64,000 nt of DNA. Source: an uncultured Dehalococcoidaceae bacterium (lineage in GTDB: Bacteria; Chloroflexota; Dehalococcoidia; Dehalococcoidales; RBG-16-60-22). This document shows positions 52,706 to 62,836 of this stretch, piece after piece. The notes under the pieces were generated by a model, which saw only the letters and a list, made by a program, of their open reading frames with translations, was not told where the DNA came from and did no database searches. Location: positions 211 to 64,210 of the forward strand of contig CAZQQL010000003.1 in NCBI GenBank assembly GCA_964595455.1, written 5' to 3'. How positions within the stretch are numbered: position 1 is the stretch's first letter; every line of letters starts with the position of its first letter. Made by a program: the position numbers and the translations under genes.

Positions 52706-54448
52706 TTATCGTCCTCCCATGAAGAACCCTCCGCCCATGGGGAACTGCATGCCGCCGGAACTGGTGATAGTGCCTTCAGGAACGACCACCGTTTCACCTT
52801 CGTTCAAGCCGCTCGTAACGGCAATCATGGCATAGTTGGTGGAGCCGGTGGTAACTTCACGCTGTTCGGTCTCCCCGGATGAGAGCTCGACGGTGACGTA
52901 ACTCTTACCGCCGGTCTTGGTTACGGCCGTATAGGGGACGAGAAGGACGTTGGTTTCGCTGGAAGTTATCAGGTTGACCGTTACGGACATGCCTTCGCGC
53001 AGGTCGTACTCGGTATCCGTCGCAGCGCCGAACATCCCGCCGAAACCTCCGGACGGGAACTCGAAGCCTTCCGGCATCTCAAAGCTCATATTGCCGCTGA
53101 ACGGGAACCCTCCGGTCATGTTGCCGCTGGCCGGTCCCCCGAAGTTGAAATTCCCACCGGTGCGGTTCTCGCTGAAGGCGGGGAACTGGGAAGACATGTC
53201 ATCGAGGGAGGAAAGCTCGACCCGGACCGTGTAGTTCACCACACCGGATGAAATGGTGGCGGTGGGTGAGATATGGGTCACGGTGGCGGGGTACGGGACG
53301 CCGGTGATGGCGTCCGCCATGACAGTAGCTCTCGTACCGACTTTAACACTGAGGATGTCGGTCTCGCTGACGAGGATGTCCGCCTCGAACTTGTCAGGAT
53401 CGGCTACCTGGACGGCAACGGTACCCTTGAGTACTTCATCACCGCCGGCAACATTGACGACGGTAACGAAGCCATCGAACGGCGCCGTGAGGACCGGGCT
53501 GAGACCGTTGGCCCTGTCCAGGTTGGCCTCGACTTCCTCTACCGCCTGTTGAGCGTCTTCAACGTTCAACTGAGCGTCCTTGACGGACTGTTCAGCCTGT
53601 ACTACGTTGTACTCGGCGTCTTCGACGGCCGATTCAGCTTCTTGTACGGCCAGTTGTGCGTCTTCCAGGGCCATCAGCTTCTGCTCTATCAGCAACTGTT
53701 TTTGGGCGATATTCAGTGCAAGCTCTTCATCACCGGCATAACCGGTCAGGTTGATATCGGTCAGCAGATCATTCAAGTCTTCCAGACAATCGTCGTACTC
53801 TTGCTGGGCGGCAGCAATCATCATTTCATATTTACCGATATCGTCAACCTGTATACCGGAGTATTTTTTGTTCAATACTTCTCGTGCGAACTGCAGGGTA
53901 AACTCAGCGTTTTTTAACTGCTGGTGGACCTTATTGATTTCCGCGATCTTGTAGAGAGTAAGATTGGCGGATTGTACATCGAGTTCAGCCTGGCGTACCG
54001 CAAACTCCCGGGACGTGACGAGGCGCTGCGCTTCTACAACAGCGCTTTCTCTGGTTGTAACCAGGCGCTCGGCTTCATACAGGGAGGTTTCCCGCGCCGT
54101 CAGGTTCCGGTTGGCGGTTATCAGCGCCTTTTGCAGAGTGGCCAGCTCTTCGTTCCATTCGTCAGCGTCCAGCCTGACCAGTTCCTGCCCTTCCGTGACC
54201 GAATCTCCTTCTTCAACAAGAACTTCCGCGACGGTAGCTTCCTGGTAGAAAAGGTCCACGGCGACATCCTCCGTCCTGGCGAGCGCCAGGTTTCCGGCTG
54301 CCGAGATGGAGAGCGTCAGATCACCACGCTGCACGTCGGTAGTATAGGTGGATGCTTCCTCCGTATTTTCATCACCGGAACAGCCGATGAGCCCGGCTAA
54401 CAGGGTACCGAGAATAAATAGCACCAGAAAAATCCTGAAAGTCCGCAT
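52706..54448 (-). CDS. Efflux periplasmic-adaptor (HlyD/MacA-type) lipoprotein with Met/Gly/Phe-rich insertions
   Basis: 580 aa. Lipobox LIGC, a long coiled-coil hairpin, beta-barrel blocks, a low-complexity insert at nt 53021-53194 and a tail at nt 52709-52762. Confidence 0.8.
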   Translation of the reverse strand: MRTFRIFLVLFILGTLLAGLIGCSGDENTEEASTYTTDVQRGDLTLSISAAGNLALARTEDVAVDLFYQEATVAEVLVEEGDSVTEGQELVRLDADEWNEELATLQKALITANRNLTARETSLYEAERLVTTRESAVVEAQRLVTSREFAVRQAELDVQSANLTLYKIAEINKVHQQLKNAEFTLQFAREVLNKKYSGIQVDDIGKYEMMIAAAQQEYDDCLEDLNDLLTDINLTGYAGDEELALNIAQKQLLIEQKLMALEDAQLAVQEAESAVEDAEYNVVQAEQSVKDAQLNVEDAQQAVEEVEANLDRANGLSPVLTAPFDGFVTVVNVAGGDEVLKGTVAVQVADPDKFEADILVSETDILSVKVGTRATVMADAITGVPYPATVTHISPTATISSGVVNYTVRVELSSLDDMSSQFPAFSENRTGGNFNFGGPASGNMTGGFPFSGNMSFEMPEGFEFPSGGFGGMFGAATDTEYDLREGMSVTVNLITSSETNVLLVPYTAVTKTGGKSYVTVELSSGETEQREVTTGSTNYAMIAVTSGLNEGETVVVPEGTITSSGGMQFPMGGGFFMGGR

Positions 54449-54550
54449 ACAAACTCCTCATGAACAACAGTGTGCTTGCCGAACCGGAAAACCGGCTGAT
54501 TTCCTAGGTATTCTACTAGAGGATTGTTGTGTAAATATTAACAGGCTCTG

Positions 54551-55915
54551 TTACATGGTACTTAACGGGACGGTAAAAGTAAAGGTTGTGCCCTGACCGG
54601 CAACGGATACAACGGAAATCTTGCCGCCGTGGGCTTCCACGAGGCGTTTGGTGATGGTCAGGCCGAGACCGCTGCCGCCGGTAGACCTGGTACGTGATTT
54701 ATCTACCCGGTAGAACCGGTCGAAGATATGCGGCAGGTCTTCGGCCGGGATCCCTTCCCCGGTATCCGCTACCTGCAGTTCCATAGATTCATGCTTTACG
54801 TCCGCCGTGACGGTGATCCGTCCGCCGGCGGGGGTATGTTCTACGGCGTTGTTGATAAGGTTGTTTAAAATCTGCCTCAGGCGGTACGGATCGGCGTTCA
54901 CACCGGGAAGCTCGTCGGGAAACTCCATCACGAGTGAGATACCGCGGTCGTTGGCTTTGGGCTGGATGCCCTGGATGGAATCAGAAACGACTTCTTTCGC
55001 ATCCACGGCGTCTACTACCAGTTTTAATGCTCCGGCGTCGGCCAGGCTCAATTCCTGAAGGTCGGCAACCAGGCGGGACAGCGTGTCGGTTTCCTCGGTG
55101 AGTGAGTGGATGGCGGCTTCATCCGGCTCCACGAGACCGTCGGCGATGGCTTCGAGATAGCCGCGCAGGTTGGTCAGCGGTGTCCTCAATTCATGGGCGA
55201 TATCGGCAACCATGAGGCGGCGCTGCTTTTCGGTGTTCTCGAGGTTCTCTGCCATGGCGTTGAAGGAAGCGGCGAGTTCACCCATCTCGGTCTGGTTATC
55301 ACATTCCACACGGTGGGAAAGGTCTCCTTTCCCGAATTTACGGGCGGCAGTGGTCAGCGCCCGGACGGGAGCCAGGATCACACGTGAAAGAATACCGGTG
55401 ACGAGTAAGGCGGCCACGACCGCCAGCAGACCTCCCCAGAAGAAGAAACGGAAGATGCCGTTGTAAGCGATCTGGAGAGCGGCCTGGTTGATGTCGCTTT
55501 GCTCACCGATGATGTAAAGCGTCCCGACCGTCTGGCTTACCGGCCAGCCGGCAGCGGAGGTCTGGGCAACGGAAAGCGTTGTTGCGCTGCTTTCACCGCT
55601 ATACGCGCTGCCGATTAGCTGGTTGTCCGAGTCAACGACGACGGTACCCTCGTTGTCAGTGATGATGATACGCCGTCCGTAGAGGTTGCCCATCTGCTCG
55701 ACGAATGGTTGGACCGTATCCCAGGAACGGGCTATCTGGAAGACCCGGTTGAGTTCGATCTCGACACGGCGGTCCTGTACCGCCTGGAGCTGCTCTTCCA
55801 CCCGGCTGAGTTCGCGGTGCGTGGTCCGATAAGCAAAAACGAAGGCGGTCCCAACGATGATGAGAATGATGATGGTAAAGGCCGCCAGCAGCCTGAAATA
55901 CAGACTATGGAACAT
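54551..55915 (-). CDS. Sensor histidine kinase (2 TM, HAMP, HisKA, HATPase_c)
   Basis: H-box HELRTPLT, N-box NNLINNAVEHT, G-boxes DTGEGI and GSGLGL. The start is MFHSLYF (55915) or 55948. Confidence 0.9.
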   Translation of the reverse strand: MFHSLYFRLLAAFTIIILIIVGTAFVFAYRTTHRELSRVEEQLQAVQDRRVEIELNRVFQIARSWDTVQPFVEQMGNLYGRRIIITDNEGTVVVDSDNQLIGSAYSGESSATTLSVAQTSAAGWPVSQTVGTLYIIGEQSDINQAALQIAYNGIFRFFFWGGLLAVVAALLVTGILSRVILAPVRALTTAARKFGKGDLSHRVECDNQTEMGELAASFNAMAENLENTEKQRRLMVADIAHELRTPLTNLRGYLEAIADGLVEPDEAAIHSLTEETDTLSRLVADLQELSLADAGALKLVVDAVDAKEVVSDSIQGIQPKANDRGISLVMEFPDELPGVNADPYRLRQILNNLINNAVEHTPAGGRITVTADVKHESMELQVADTGEGIPAEDLPHIFDRFYRVDKSRTRSTGGSGLGLTITKRLVEAHGGKISVVSVAGQGTTFTFTVPLSTM

Positions 55916-56597
55916 TACTGCTTTCCAGGAGCTTGTAACCGGCTCCATAAATGGTCTTGATAAAACGCGGATGGCGCGGGTCCGGCTCCAGTTTCCGCCG
56001 TAGTTTCAGTATATGAACGTCGATCGTCCGGTCGAACCCGTCGAAGTCGAAACCCATGGCGTTTTCAATGATCTGGGCGCGGCTGAATACCCGGCCGGGT
56101 TCCCTGACCAGGACGCCGAGTATCTTGAATTCGACCGGTGTAAGGTTGAGGGGCTTTCCTTCAAGGTAAGCTTCGTGTTTGAGAAAATCCACGATGAGAT
56201 CGCCGAATTCTACCCTGTCCGGGCCGCGTTCTCCCGGCATGCGGCGGAGGACGGCGCGGACGCGGGCGGCGAGTTCCCTCGGGCTGAACGGTTTGGTGAC
56301 GTAATCATCGGCGCCGAGGTCCAGTCCCGTCAAACGGTCGTCGTCAGTGGAGAGAGCAGTGAGCATGATGATGGGGACGTCTGATTCATTCCGGAGCGTG
56401 CGGCAGATTTCGAGGCCGCTTATCCCCGGCAGCATGAGGTCCAGGACGATGAGGTCAGGGCGGATTTCCCGCGCTGTCTCAAGAGCTGAAGTGCCATCAT
56501 AAGCGGTAGCAACCTTATATCCGTCCCTGGCGAGGTACATCTTGACCAGTTCGACTGTTTTGGCGTCATCATCGACGACGAGTATCTTCTTACTCAT
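55905..56597 (-). CDS. OmpR/PhoB-family response regulator
   Basis: Blocks KILVVDDD, DLIVLDLMLPG and the winged-helix C-terminus. The start is taken at MSKKIL (56597). Confidence 0.92.
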   Translation of the reverse strand: MSKKILVVDDDAKTVELVKMYLARDGYKVATAYDGTSALETAREIRPDLIVLDLMLPGISGLEICRTLRNESDVPIIMLTALSTDDDRLTGLDLGADDYVTKPFSPRELAARVRAVLRRMPGERGPDRVEFGDLIVDFLKHEAYLEGKPLNLTPVEFKILGVLVREPGRVFSRAQIIENAMGFDFDGFDRTIDVHILKLRRKLEPDPRHPRFIKTIYGAGYKLLESSNVP

Positions 56598-56677
56598 TAA
56601 GGATTTACTCCCGGTTTCAGTGTACCAATAATACGGCATAAATGTTAAACAAATATTTACATGACCATATATGCGGA

Positions 56678-56714
56678 AACGGGAGAGACGGCAAGTATCG
56701 ATGTCTCTCCCGTT
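56678..56714 (-). terminator. Stem-loop downstream of the 154-aa secreted-protein gene (weak U-tract)
   Basis: AACGGGAGAGAC-13 nt-GTCTCTCCCGTT: 12-bp perfect stem. Confidence 0.4.
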
Positions 56715-56740
56715 CCATCCGGGGGGTCACCTGTTCCAGG

Positions 56741-57205
56741 TTATTGGACTGAGGCTACTTCATCATCCTGAAAGCACCAGCCCCGGTCCTGCATGCCGCC
56801 GAAGCCGTGGAACCTCTGACCAAATGGTCCTTTACCGGGATTGAACTGACCGGGTCCGAGATTAATGTCCGGCCGTGCTTCAAGCCATGCCTGGTACTCG
56901 TCCGCCTCCTCCTGGGTAATGACGCCGTTCTCGACAAGCTTGTCCAGTATCGCTGCGTGGCGTTCCGCCAGCATTTCCTTGCCGGCTTCCTGGTAGGCCG
57001 ACTTCAGGGCTTCGGTGTCGAGCGCGGTACCGGTCTTTTCCTCGTAAATCGCTGCTGCTCTGTCGAGGATAGTGTCCGCCTGCGCCTGTTCTTCCGGCGG
57101 CGTTTCTTCATCCTGGGCGGCGACAATTGCCGTTCCGCCGAGTATGCCGCCGATCACCAGCACCAGGGCCAGGGCTGTCAGTGCCAGTTTTTTCCTTTTC
57201 GTCAT
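56741..57205 (-). CDS. Secreted/membrane-anchored helical protein of unknown function
   Basis: 154 aa. N-terminal signal/anchor sequence, an acidic helical body, and a Gly/Phe-rich C-terminus (GKGPFGQRFHGFGGMQDRGWC). Confidence 0.5.
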   Translation of the reverse strand: MTKRKKLALTALALVLVIGGILGGTAIVAAQDEETPPEEQAQADTILDRAAAIYEEKTGTALDTEALKSAYQEAGKEMLAERHAAILDKLVENGVITQEEADEYQAWLEARPDINLGPGQFNPGKGPFGQRFHGFGGMQDRGWCFQDDEVASVQ

Positions 57206-57302
57206 CTTTTCACCTCCTTCCGGTGAGACATTTGTTTACAGAATATCAGTGAACTATTAATTTCCGGTTAATGCCGATGCCAATAATTGAGAGATACGTC
57301 AC

Positions 57303-57331
57303 TTATTCATAGAAAATATGCGTAGTATAAT
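57303..57331 (+). promoter_or_regulatory. Putative copA promoter
   Basis: TTATTC at 57303-57308, 17-nt spacer, consensus TATAAT at 57326-57331. This places the start of the track ORF (57318) upstream of the transcript. Confidence 0.45.
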
Positions 57332-57359
57332 TACGATTGAATACGCGTGGAAAGCAGAA

Positions 57360-60017
57360 ATGGCACAAACGACCGGAAGAATGAAAAAGACCAGCATCCA
57401 GGTCACGGGCATGACCTGCGCGTCCTGTGCAACGACCGTGGAAAAGGTTCTGCTGGGGACGTCCGGGGTAGAACGGGCCACTGTTAACCTGGCATCGGAG
57501 AAAGCCACCCTCGAATACGACCCTGACCTGGTGGACACCGGAAAATTGCGGGACATCATCATCGGTTCCGGTTACGGCGTTGCTACGCGTAAATCAATTT
57601 TCCCCATTGCCGGCATGACCTGCGCATCTTGCGCCAACCGGGTAGAAGCAGCCTTGAAGACCGTTCCCGGAGTTGTCTATGCCAGCGTGAACCTGGCGTC
57701 AGAGAAGGCCACCATCGAATATGTGGACGGCACCACGGCGGAAGACCTGCGCCGGGCCGTGGAAGATGCGGGCTACCGGCTCGGGGAAGAGAGTGAGACC
57801 ATTGAAGACGTGACGGCCGCTTCCGAGCGTGAAACACGCAAGCTGCGGGACCGGTTCATCTTCTCATTGGTTCTGGCCGCCGCTATCATGATACTGATGT
57901 TCACGGCAGACTTTGCCGGCAAGCCGTGGGTGCTGCTGGCGCTTGCCACGCCGGTACAGTTCTGGGCTGGAGCGCGGTTTTATCGAGGGGCCTGGAGCGC
58001 GTTGCTCCACAAGACGGCGGACATGAATACGCTCATCGCCGTGGGCACCTCTGCGGCATACTTTTACAGCCTGACAGCGGTCGTCGCGCCCGGTCTGTTT
58101 ACCTCCAGCGGACTGGATATCCACCTCTACTTCGATACCTCCGCTATGATCATTGCGCTTATTCTCCTGGGGCGCTACCTGGAAGCTAAAGCCAAGGGCC
58201 GGGCATCCAACGCTATCAAAAAGCTCATCGGCCTCCAACCCAGGACGGCGCTCGTGGAACGGGAAGGCGAAGACCAGCTTGTCCCGGTAGAGGATGTGCA
58301 AATTGGGGACCTGGTCCTCGTGCGCCCAGGGGAGAGGGTGCCGGTCGACGGTATTATCCGGGAAGGAAACCCGAGCCTGGATGAATCCATGGTCACAGGA
58401 GAAAGCCTGCCGGTGGAAAAAGAGGCCGGGGACGAGGTCATCGGGGCGACGATTAATACAACCGGCAGTTTCCGGTTCGAAGCGACGAGGGTAGGCAGGA
58501 ACACCACCCTGGCGCGGATCGTACGGCTGGTGGAAGAAGCACAGGGCAGCAAAGCGCCTATCCAGCGTCTGGCCGATGTCATCGCCGGATACTTCGTGCC
58601 TATCGTCATCGGGATATCTTTGATAACCTTCGTCATCTGGTATTTCCTGGGACCTTTTCCTTCGGTAACTTATGCCTTTCTTAATTTCATTGCAGTGCTG
58701 GTCATCGCCTGCCCGTGCGCCCTCGGCCTCGCAACACCCACGGCCATCATGGTCGGTACGGGAAAAGGTGCGGAGATGGGCATACTTATCCGAAGCGCCG
58801 CCGCCCTGGAGCGTCTCTATCGTATCGATACCCTGATGCTGGACAAAACGGGCACGCTGACGGCGGGACGTCCGGAGGTGACGGACATCGTCCCGGCGGA
58901 CTCGATGGGCCTGCTGGATCTGCTGGCGGTCGCGGCAGCGGTGGAACACGATTCAGAGCACCCGCTGGGGCAGGCCGTGGTAAGGTCAGCCGAAGAGCGC
59001 GGCGTCGATATATCGGATGCCGCCAACTTTACCTCATATCCCGGCCACGGCGCAGCAGCCACCGTCAACGGGAAGATTGTCTTCATGGGTAATCTTGCCC
59101 TGATGAACGATCGGGGTATCTCCATGGATGGCATGGTACAGCAGGCGGACATGTACCGTGAAAACGGCAAGACGGTGATGTTTGTAGCTTCAGAAGGTAA
59201 ACTGCTGGGGATGCTGGCCCTGGCGGATACCATCAAGCCCGAAGCTCAAGAAGTAATCGGATTACTCAAGGAGCAGGGTATCAGCGTTGTGATGGTGACG
59301 GGCGATAACCGGCAGACCGCCGAGGCGATAGCGCGGCTGGCCGGGGTCGACAGGGTCCTGGCGGACGTCCTGCCGGAGAATAAATCGGCCGAAGTCAGGA
59401 AGCTCATGGACGAGGGGCACATCGTAGCTATGGTCGGAGACGGCATCAATGACGCTCCGGCGTTGGCGCAGGCGGACGTGGGCATCGCCATCGGCACCGG
59501 AACGGACGTTGCCATGGAAACCGGCGATATAACACTCATCAGCGGGGAACTCACGGGCATCGCCAACGCCATCGCGCTCAGCCGGCGGACCATCCGGACC
59601 ATTAAGCAGAACCTGTTCTGGGCGTTCGGCTACAACACCATACTGATACCGATCGCCGCCGGGATACTTTACCTGGCGTTCCGTGAAGGCAATGTACCCT
59701 CCGGTTTAAATTTTATCCTGGGAGATTACGGATTTCTCAACCCCATCCTGGCCGCCGCCGCCATGGCGGCCAGTTCCGTGACTGTGGTCACGAATTCGCT
59801 GCGACTCAAGAGGTTCATACCACCCGTCACAGCCGCTGCTCAACAGAGCGCGCAAGAAGGAGGTTCTGCAATGGCTATAGATCCCGTCTGCAAAATGACC
59901 GTCGAAGAAAAGACCGCCGCCGCGGTTTCCGAATATAAAGGGAAGAAATACTATTTCTGCGCGGTAGGCTGCAAGAAAGCCTTCGACCAGGATCCGGAAA
60001 AATATCTGAAGAACTAG
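57360..60017 (+). CDS. copA: Copper-translocating P1B-type ATPase with two N-terminal HMA domains and a C-terminal TRASH/YHS-like domain
   Basis: Two GMTCASC motifs, CPC ([11 protein letters not shown]), DKTGTLT and GDGINDAP. The C-terminal block is DPVCKM...[12 protein letters not shown]. Confidence 0.95.
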   Translation: MAQTTGRMKKTSIQVTGMTCASCATTVEKVLLGTSGVERATVNLASEKATLEYDPDLVDTGKLRDIIIGSGYGVATRKSIFPIAGMTCASCANRVEAALKTVPGVVYASVNLASEKATIEYVDGTTAEDLRRAVEDAGYRLGEESETIEDVTAASERETRKLRDRFIFSLVLAAAIMILMFTADFAGKPWVLLALATPVQFWAGARFYRGAWSALLHKTADMNTLIAVGTSAAYFYSLTAVVAPGLFTSSGLDIHLYFDTSAMIIALILLGRYLEAKAKGRASNAIKKLIGLQPRTALVEREGEDQLVPVEDVQIGDLVLVRPGERVPVDGIIREGNPSLDESMVTGESLPVEKEAGDEVIGATINTTGSFRFEATRVGRNTTLARIVRLVEEAQGSKAPIQRLADVIAGYFVPIVIGISLITFVIWYFLGPFPSVTYAFLNFIAVLVIACPCALGLATPTAIMVGTGKGAEMGILIRSAAALERLYRIDTLMLDKTGTLTAGRPEVTDIVPADSMGLLDLLAVAAAVEHDSEHPLGQAVVRSAEERGVDISDAANFTSYPGHGAAATVNGKIVFMGNLALMNDRGISMDGMVQQADMYRENGKTVMFVASEGKLLGMLALADTIKPEAQEVIGLLKEQGISVVMVTGDNRQTAEAIARLAGVDRVLADVLPENKSAEVRKLMDEGHIVAMVGDGINDAPALAQADVGIAIGTGTDVAMETGDITLISGELTGIANAIALSRRTIRTIKQNLFWAFGYNTILIPIAAGILYLAFREGNVPSGLNFILGDYGFLNPILAAAAMAASSVTVVTNSLRLKRFIPPVTAAAQQSAQEGGSAMAIDPVCKMTVEEKTAAAVSEYKGKKYYFCAVGCKKAFDQDPEKYLKN

Positions 60018-62725
60018 CTCTCTTCCTGCGGTGGCTCAGGTTCTTTAGCTTCCGCCTCAGCCGGACCGGCTCCCTGTGCCGCCAGCCTCCGCCGGAGGAA
60101 GAGCAGCACACCGATAGCTGCTACGCCGAGAACCGAGACGCCGATCAGGAACCAGAGGCTGGTGAATATCTTCCACCAGGGTTCGGATGGCGGTTCATTC
60201 AGTTCCGGTAATTCTTCCGCTTCATCTTCAGGCTGTTCGAAGAGTTCCACGGGAAGGGTTTCCGCCTGCGGTTCGGTATCCGGCAGGATAAGAGACGGCA
60301 CGCCGCCGAGCAGCCCCCCGGTCCCGTTGGCTGAAGAAATTCCCGTGGTGTTATCACTGGCGGGAGGCAGGGGCTCGATCACGGGGAAGAGCAAAGACGC
60401 TGTGTTGTTCGATTCGTTCGATTCGACCAGGTAGTCAGTCTCATCTGCGGTCACCGTGAATTTGTAGTATCCAGGGTCTCCCCGCCAGGTGAAGGTGATT
60501 TCCTGGCTTCCACCGGGGAGGAGTACGTTATTTGCCTCCGGCGGTAGGGGAGTACCATTCACTGAAGCTGAAATACGTGTTATCCCGGCTTTGCCGTCAG
60601 CCTTGTTCGCCAGGGTAACGGTCAATGAAACCGTGGATCCTGCTTCCGCGGGGACCGGAGACATCTCGATGTCCTGGATACCGATATCCGGCGCAGGAAG
60701 GGGAGCCAGCTTGTTGTTATTAAGTTCGTTGCTCTCCAGGACGATATCAGCTTTGTCCACGAAAGCCCCGAACGAGTCGGGAATGACCTGCGCCTGCCAG
60801 GTAAAGGTCCGAATGACGGTCTCACCCGGTTCCAGTGGATTGACATAATGCTGACCGCGCGCGAGGCCGTTCACGTAGTATTCGACCTCGGTTTCTCCGG
60901 AAGCATCATTGCCCCGGTTCTCGATGACGGCGATCAGCGTCACGGTATCTCCCAGTTGGGGCGTCTCCGGCGACCATATCAGGTTCTTCACAACAAGGTC
61001 CGGGGCGAGTGTAGTGAATTCGATGGATGTTTCGTTGTTGGTCTCATCCGTCTCTCTGATGTCTTCGTAGAAGTCTGCCCGCACGGCCAGTGTGTGCTTG
61101 CCGGCGGTTGCTTCCCATGGAAGAGTAACGGTGTAAGTGCCACCGGCATTCAGGCTGTTAACGATGCGGACATCGATTTTCTTTCCATCCAGATAGAAGG
61201 CGGCGTGGGAACCGATGGTCGTCCCTTTTCCGGCATTTTTAATAATGGCGTATATTATTGTCTCCTGGCCGATGCGCGCTTGGGGCTGCAGAGATATAGA
61301 TTCAACCACCATGTCTGCTTCAGGTGCGGGATGCCGCGGGACAAGGGTAATGGATTTGCGATTGTTGGTCTCATTACTCTCCCGTACGATACCGGCTTCA
61401 TCGATAACGCCGCTGACGTTCAGCGTACGGTCCAAGGCGGTGACCTTGAATGTGTGAGTGGCGGTCCCACCTGCTGAAATGGAGGGAAAATAGTGTACCA
61501 GGTTGAAATTGTAGCTGGTATAAAGCTTCAGATCGACATTGCTGACAGTACGATTGCCGTCGTTCTTGACAGTGACGGTGATCGCCGCCGGATGACCGAT
61601 GAGCGGCACGGCCGGCGAGCAGGTTAGGCTGGACAGGATGAGGTCTGTAATGCCGACAGCAGGTATCTGGACGTAAAGGGAGTTATTGGTTTCATCCGTT
61701 TCCCAGACTTCCTCAGCAAGGTCTATCACGGCTCCGAAGGTACAGTTTTCCGAGCCGGGATTCCAGCTATAGGTATAGGTCCGGGATGTGTTGGCCGAGA
61801 GAGGGGCGACCATGACGCGGCCGGCAGCCGAATCGTCGGTGAAATAGGTCAACCACGCGGCGCGTGAAGTCCCGGTCCCCTGGTTCTTGACTACCATGGA
61901 CAGGGTTATGTTCTCCGAATCCGTCCTCTCCAAAGGGGTCCAGGTGATGCCGCTGATGATTAAGTCAGGACCGGCGGTGGTGAATTCCATGCAGTAGCTG
62001 TTATTGGTTTCAGAAACCTCTTTCGTGCTGTTCCAGACATCGAGGTCGGCCCGGATGATGAAGCTGCCCGGCTGTGCGATCCAGGATACGGTACGCTCAA
62101 TGGATGCGGTGGGCGCCAGCACCGGGACGCTGAACCGGCCGCGGGAAACATCATTGATGAAGAACTCGTACTCGCCGTAGCGGGAGGACTGGTTTCCCTG
62201 GTTGGAAATAGAGACGGTAAATGTAACCATGTCTCCGGCGGAGATGGTTTGCGGCTCCCAGGTGATCCCCCTGATGACGAGGTCCGCAGCCAGGACGGAG
62301 AAGGCGAGGGTCATGGTATTATTGGTCTCGTTGCTTTCTACCACTACATGAGTGGAGTCTGCCGTTGCGGTCAGGACATGATTACCGGCCTCCGCTTTCC
62401 AGGTAAGGATGCAGGTTATGGATTCTCCGGCTGGGATACCGTCCACGTAGAGGGAATCCAGTATTATTTCACCGATGCTGAAATCCAGCCGGCAGGGTGC
62501 CGAGGCTGCATTTCCCCGGTTGCCGATAGTTGCGGAAAAAGTGGTCGTGGTACCGATGACCGGTGCGGTGGGCGGGCCGGAGAGCGTTTCTATGACAAGG
62601 TCCGGCAGCGGCGTATCGTCGGCGTCAACGCTCGCAGTCCAGGGGAACCCTGCTGCGCCGGTGATAACGCACAGCAACAGGAATACCATGACACCGGCCA
62701 GAAGCCGGCGTATGCCATCGATCAT
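60014..62725 (-). CDS. Large surface protein with 7 tandem CARDB-like repeats and a C-terminal TM anchor
   Basis: 903 aa. Signal peptide, then seven ~100-aa repeats each starting with PDL(V/I)(I/V) and ending with E(S/T)(N/D)E(T/L/S)NN. The tail has an acidic linker, a TM helix and RRR. Confidence 0.75.
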   Translation of the reverse strand: MIDGIRRLLAGVMVFLLLCVITGAAGFPWTASVDADDTPLPDLVIETLSGPPTAPVIGTTTTFSATIGNRGNAASAPCRLDFSIGEIILDSLYVDGIPAGESITCILTWKAEAGNHVLTATADSTHVVVESNETNNTMTLAFSVLAADLVIRGITWEPQTISAGDMVTFTVSISNQGNQSSRYGEYEFFINDVSRGRFSVPVLAPTASIERTVSWIAQPGSFIIRADLDVWNSTKEVSETNNSYCMEFTTAGPDLIISGITWTPLERTDSENITLSMVVKNQGTGTSRAAWLTYFTDDSAAGRVMVAPLSANTSRTYTYSWNPGSENCTFGAVIDLAEEVWETDETNNSLYVQIPAVGITDLILSSLTCSPAVPLIGHPAAITVTVKNDGNRTVSNVDLKLYTSYNFNLVHYFPSISAGGTATHTFKVTALDRTLNVSGVIDEAGIVRESNETNNRKSITLVPRHPAPEADMVVESISLQPQARIGQETIIYAIIKNAGKGTTIGSHAAFYLDGKKIDVRIVNSLNAGGTYTVTLPWEATAGKHTLAVRADFYEDIRETDETNNETSIEFTTLAPDLVVKNLIWSPETPQLGDTVTLIAVIENRGNDASGETEVEYYVNGLARGQHYVNPLEPGETVIRTFTWQAQVIPDSFGAFVDKADIVLESNELNNNKLAPLPAPDIGIQDIEMSPVPAEAGSTVSLTVTLANKADGKAGITRISASVNGTPLPPEANNVLLPGGSQEITFTWRGDPGYYKFTVTADETDYLVESNESNNTASLLFPVIEPLPPASDNTTGISSANGTGGLLGGVPSLILPDTEPQAETLPVELFEQPEDEAEELPELNEPPSEPWWKIFTSLWFLIGVSVLGVAAIGVLLFLRRRLAAQGAGPAEAEAKEPEPPQEES

Positions 62726-62836
62726 TCGAGAATAACCTTCACGTGCCGGTTATTCTCAGGATACGCCTGTCTGGTATCAGCCGAACAGGGTTTTACCTTT
62801 ACTTCCCGATGGTGATATCACCCATATTCGGCAAGG

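Noticed and set aside
57864-58949. 361-aa minus-strand ORF
   Set aside because: It is antisense to copA and has Arg/Asp/Gly-rich artefact composition.
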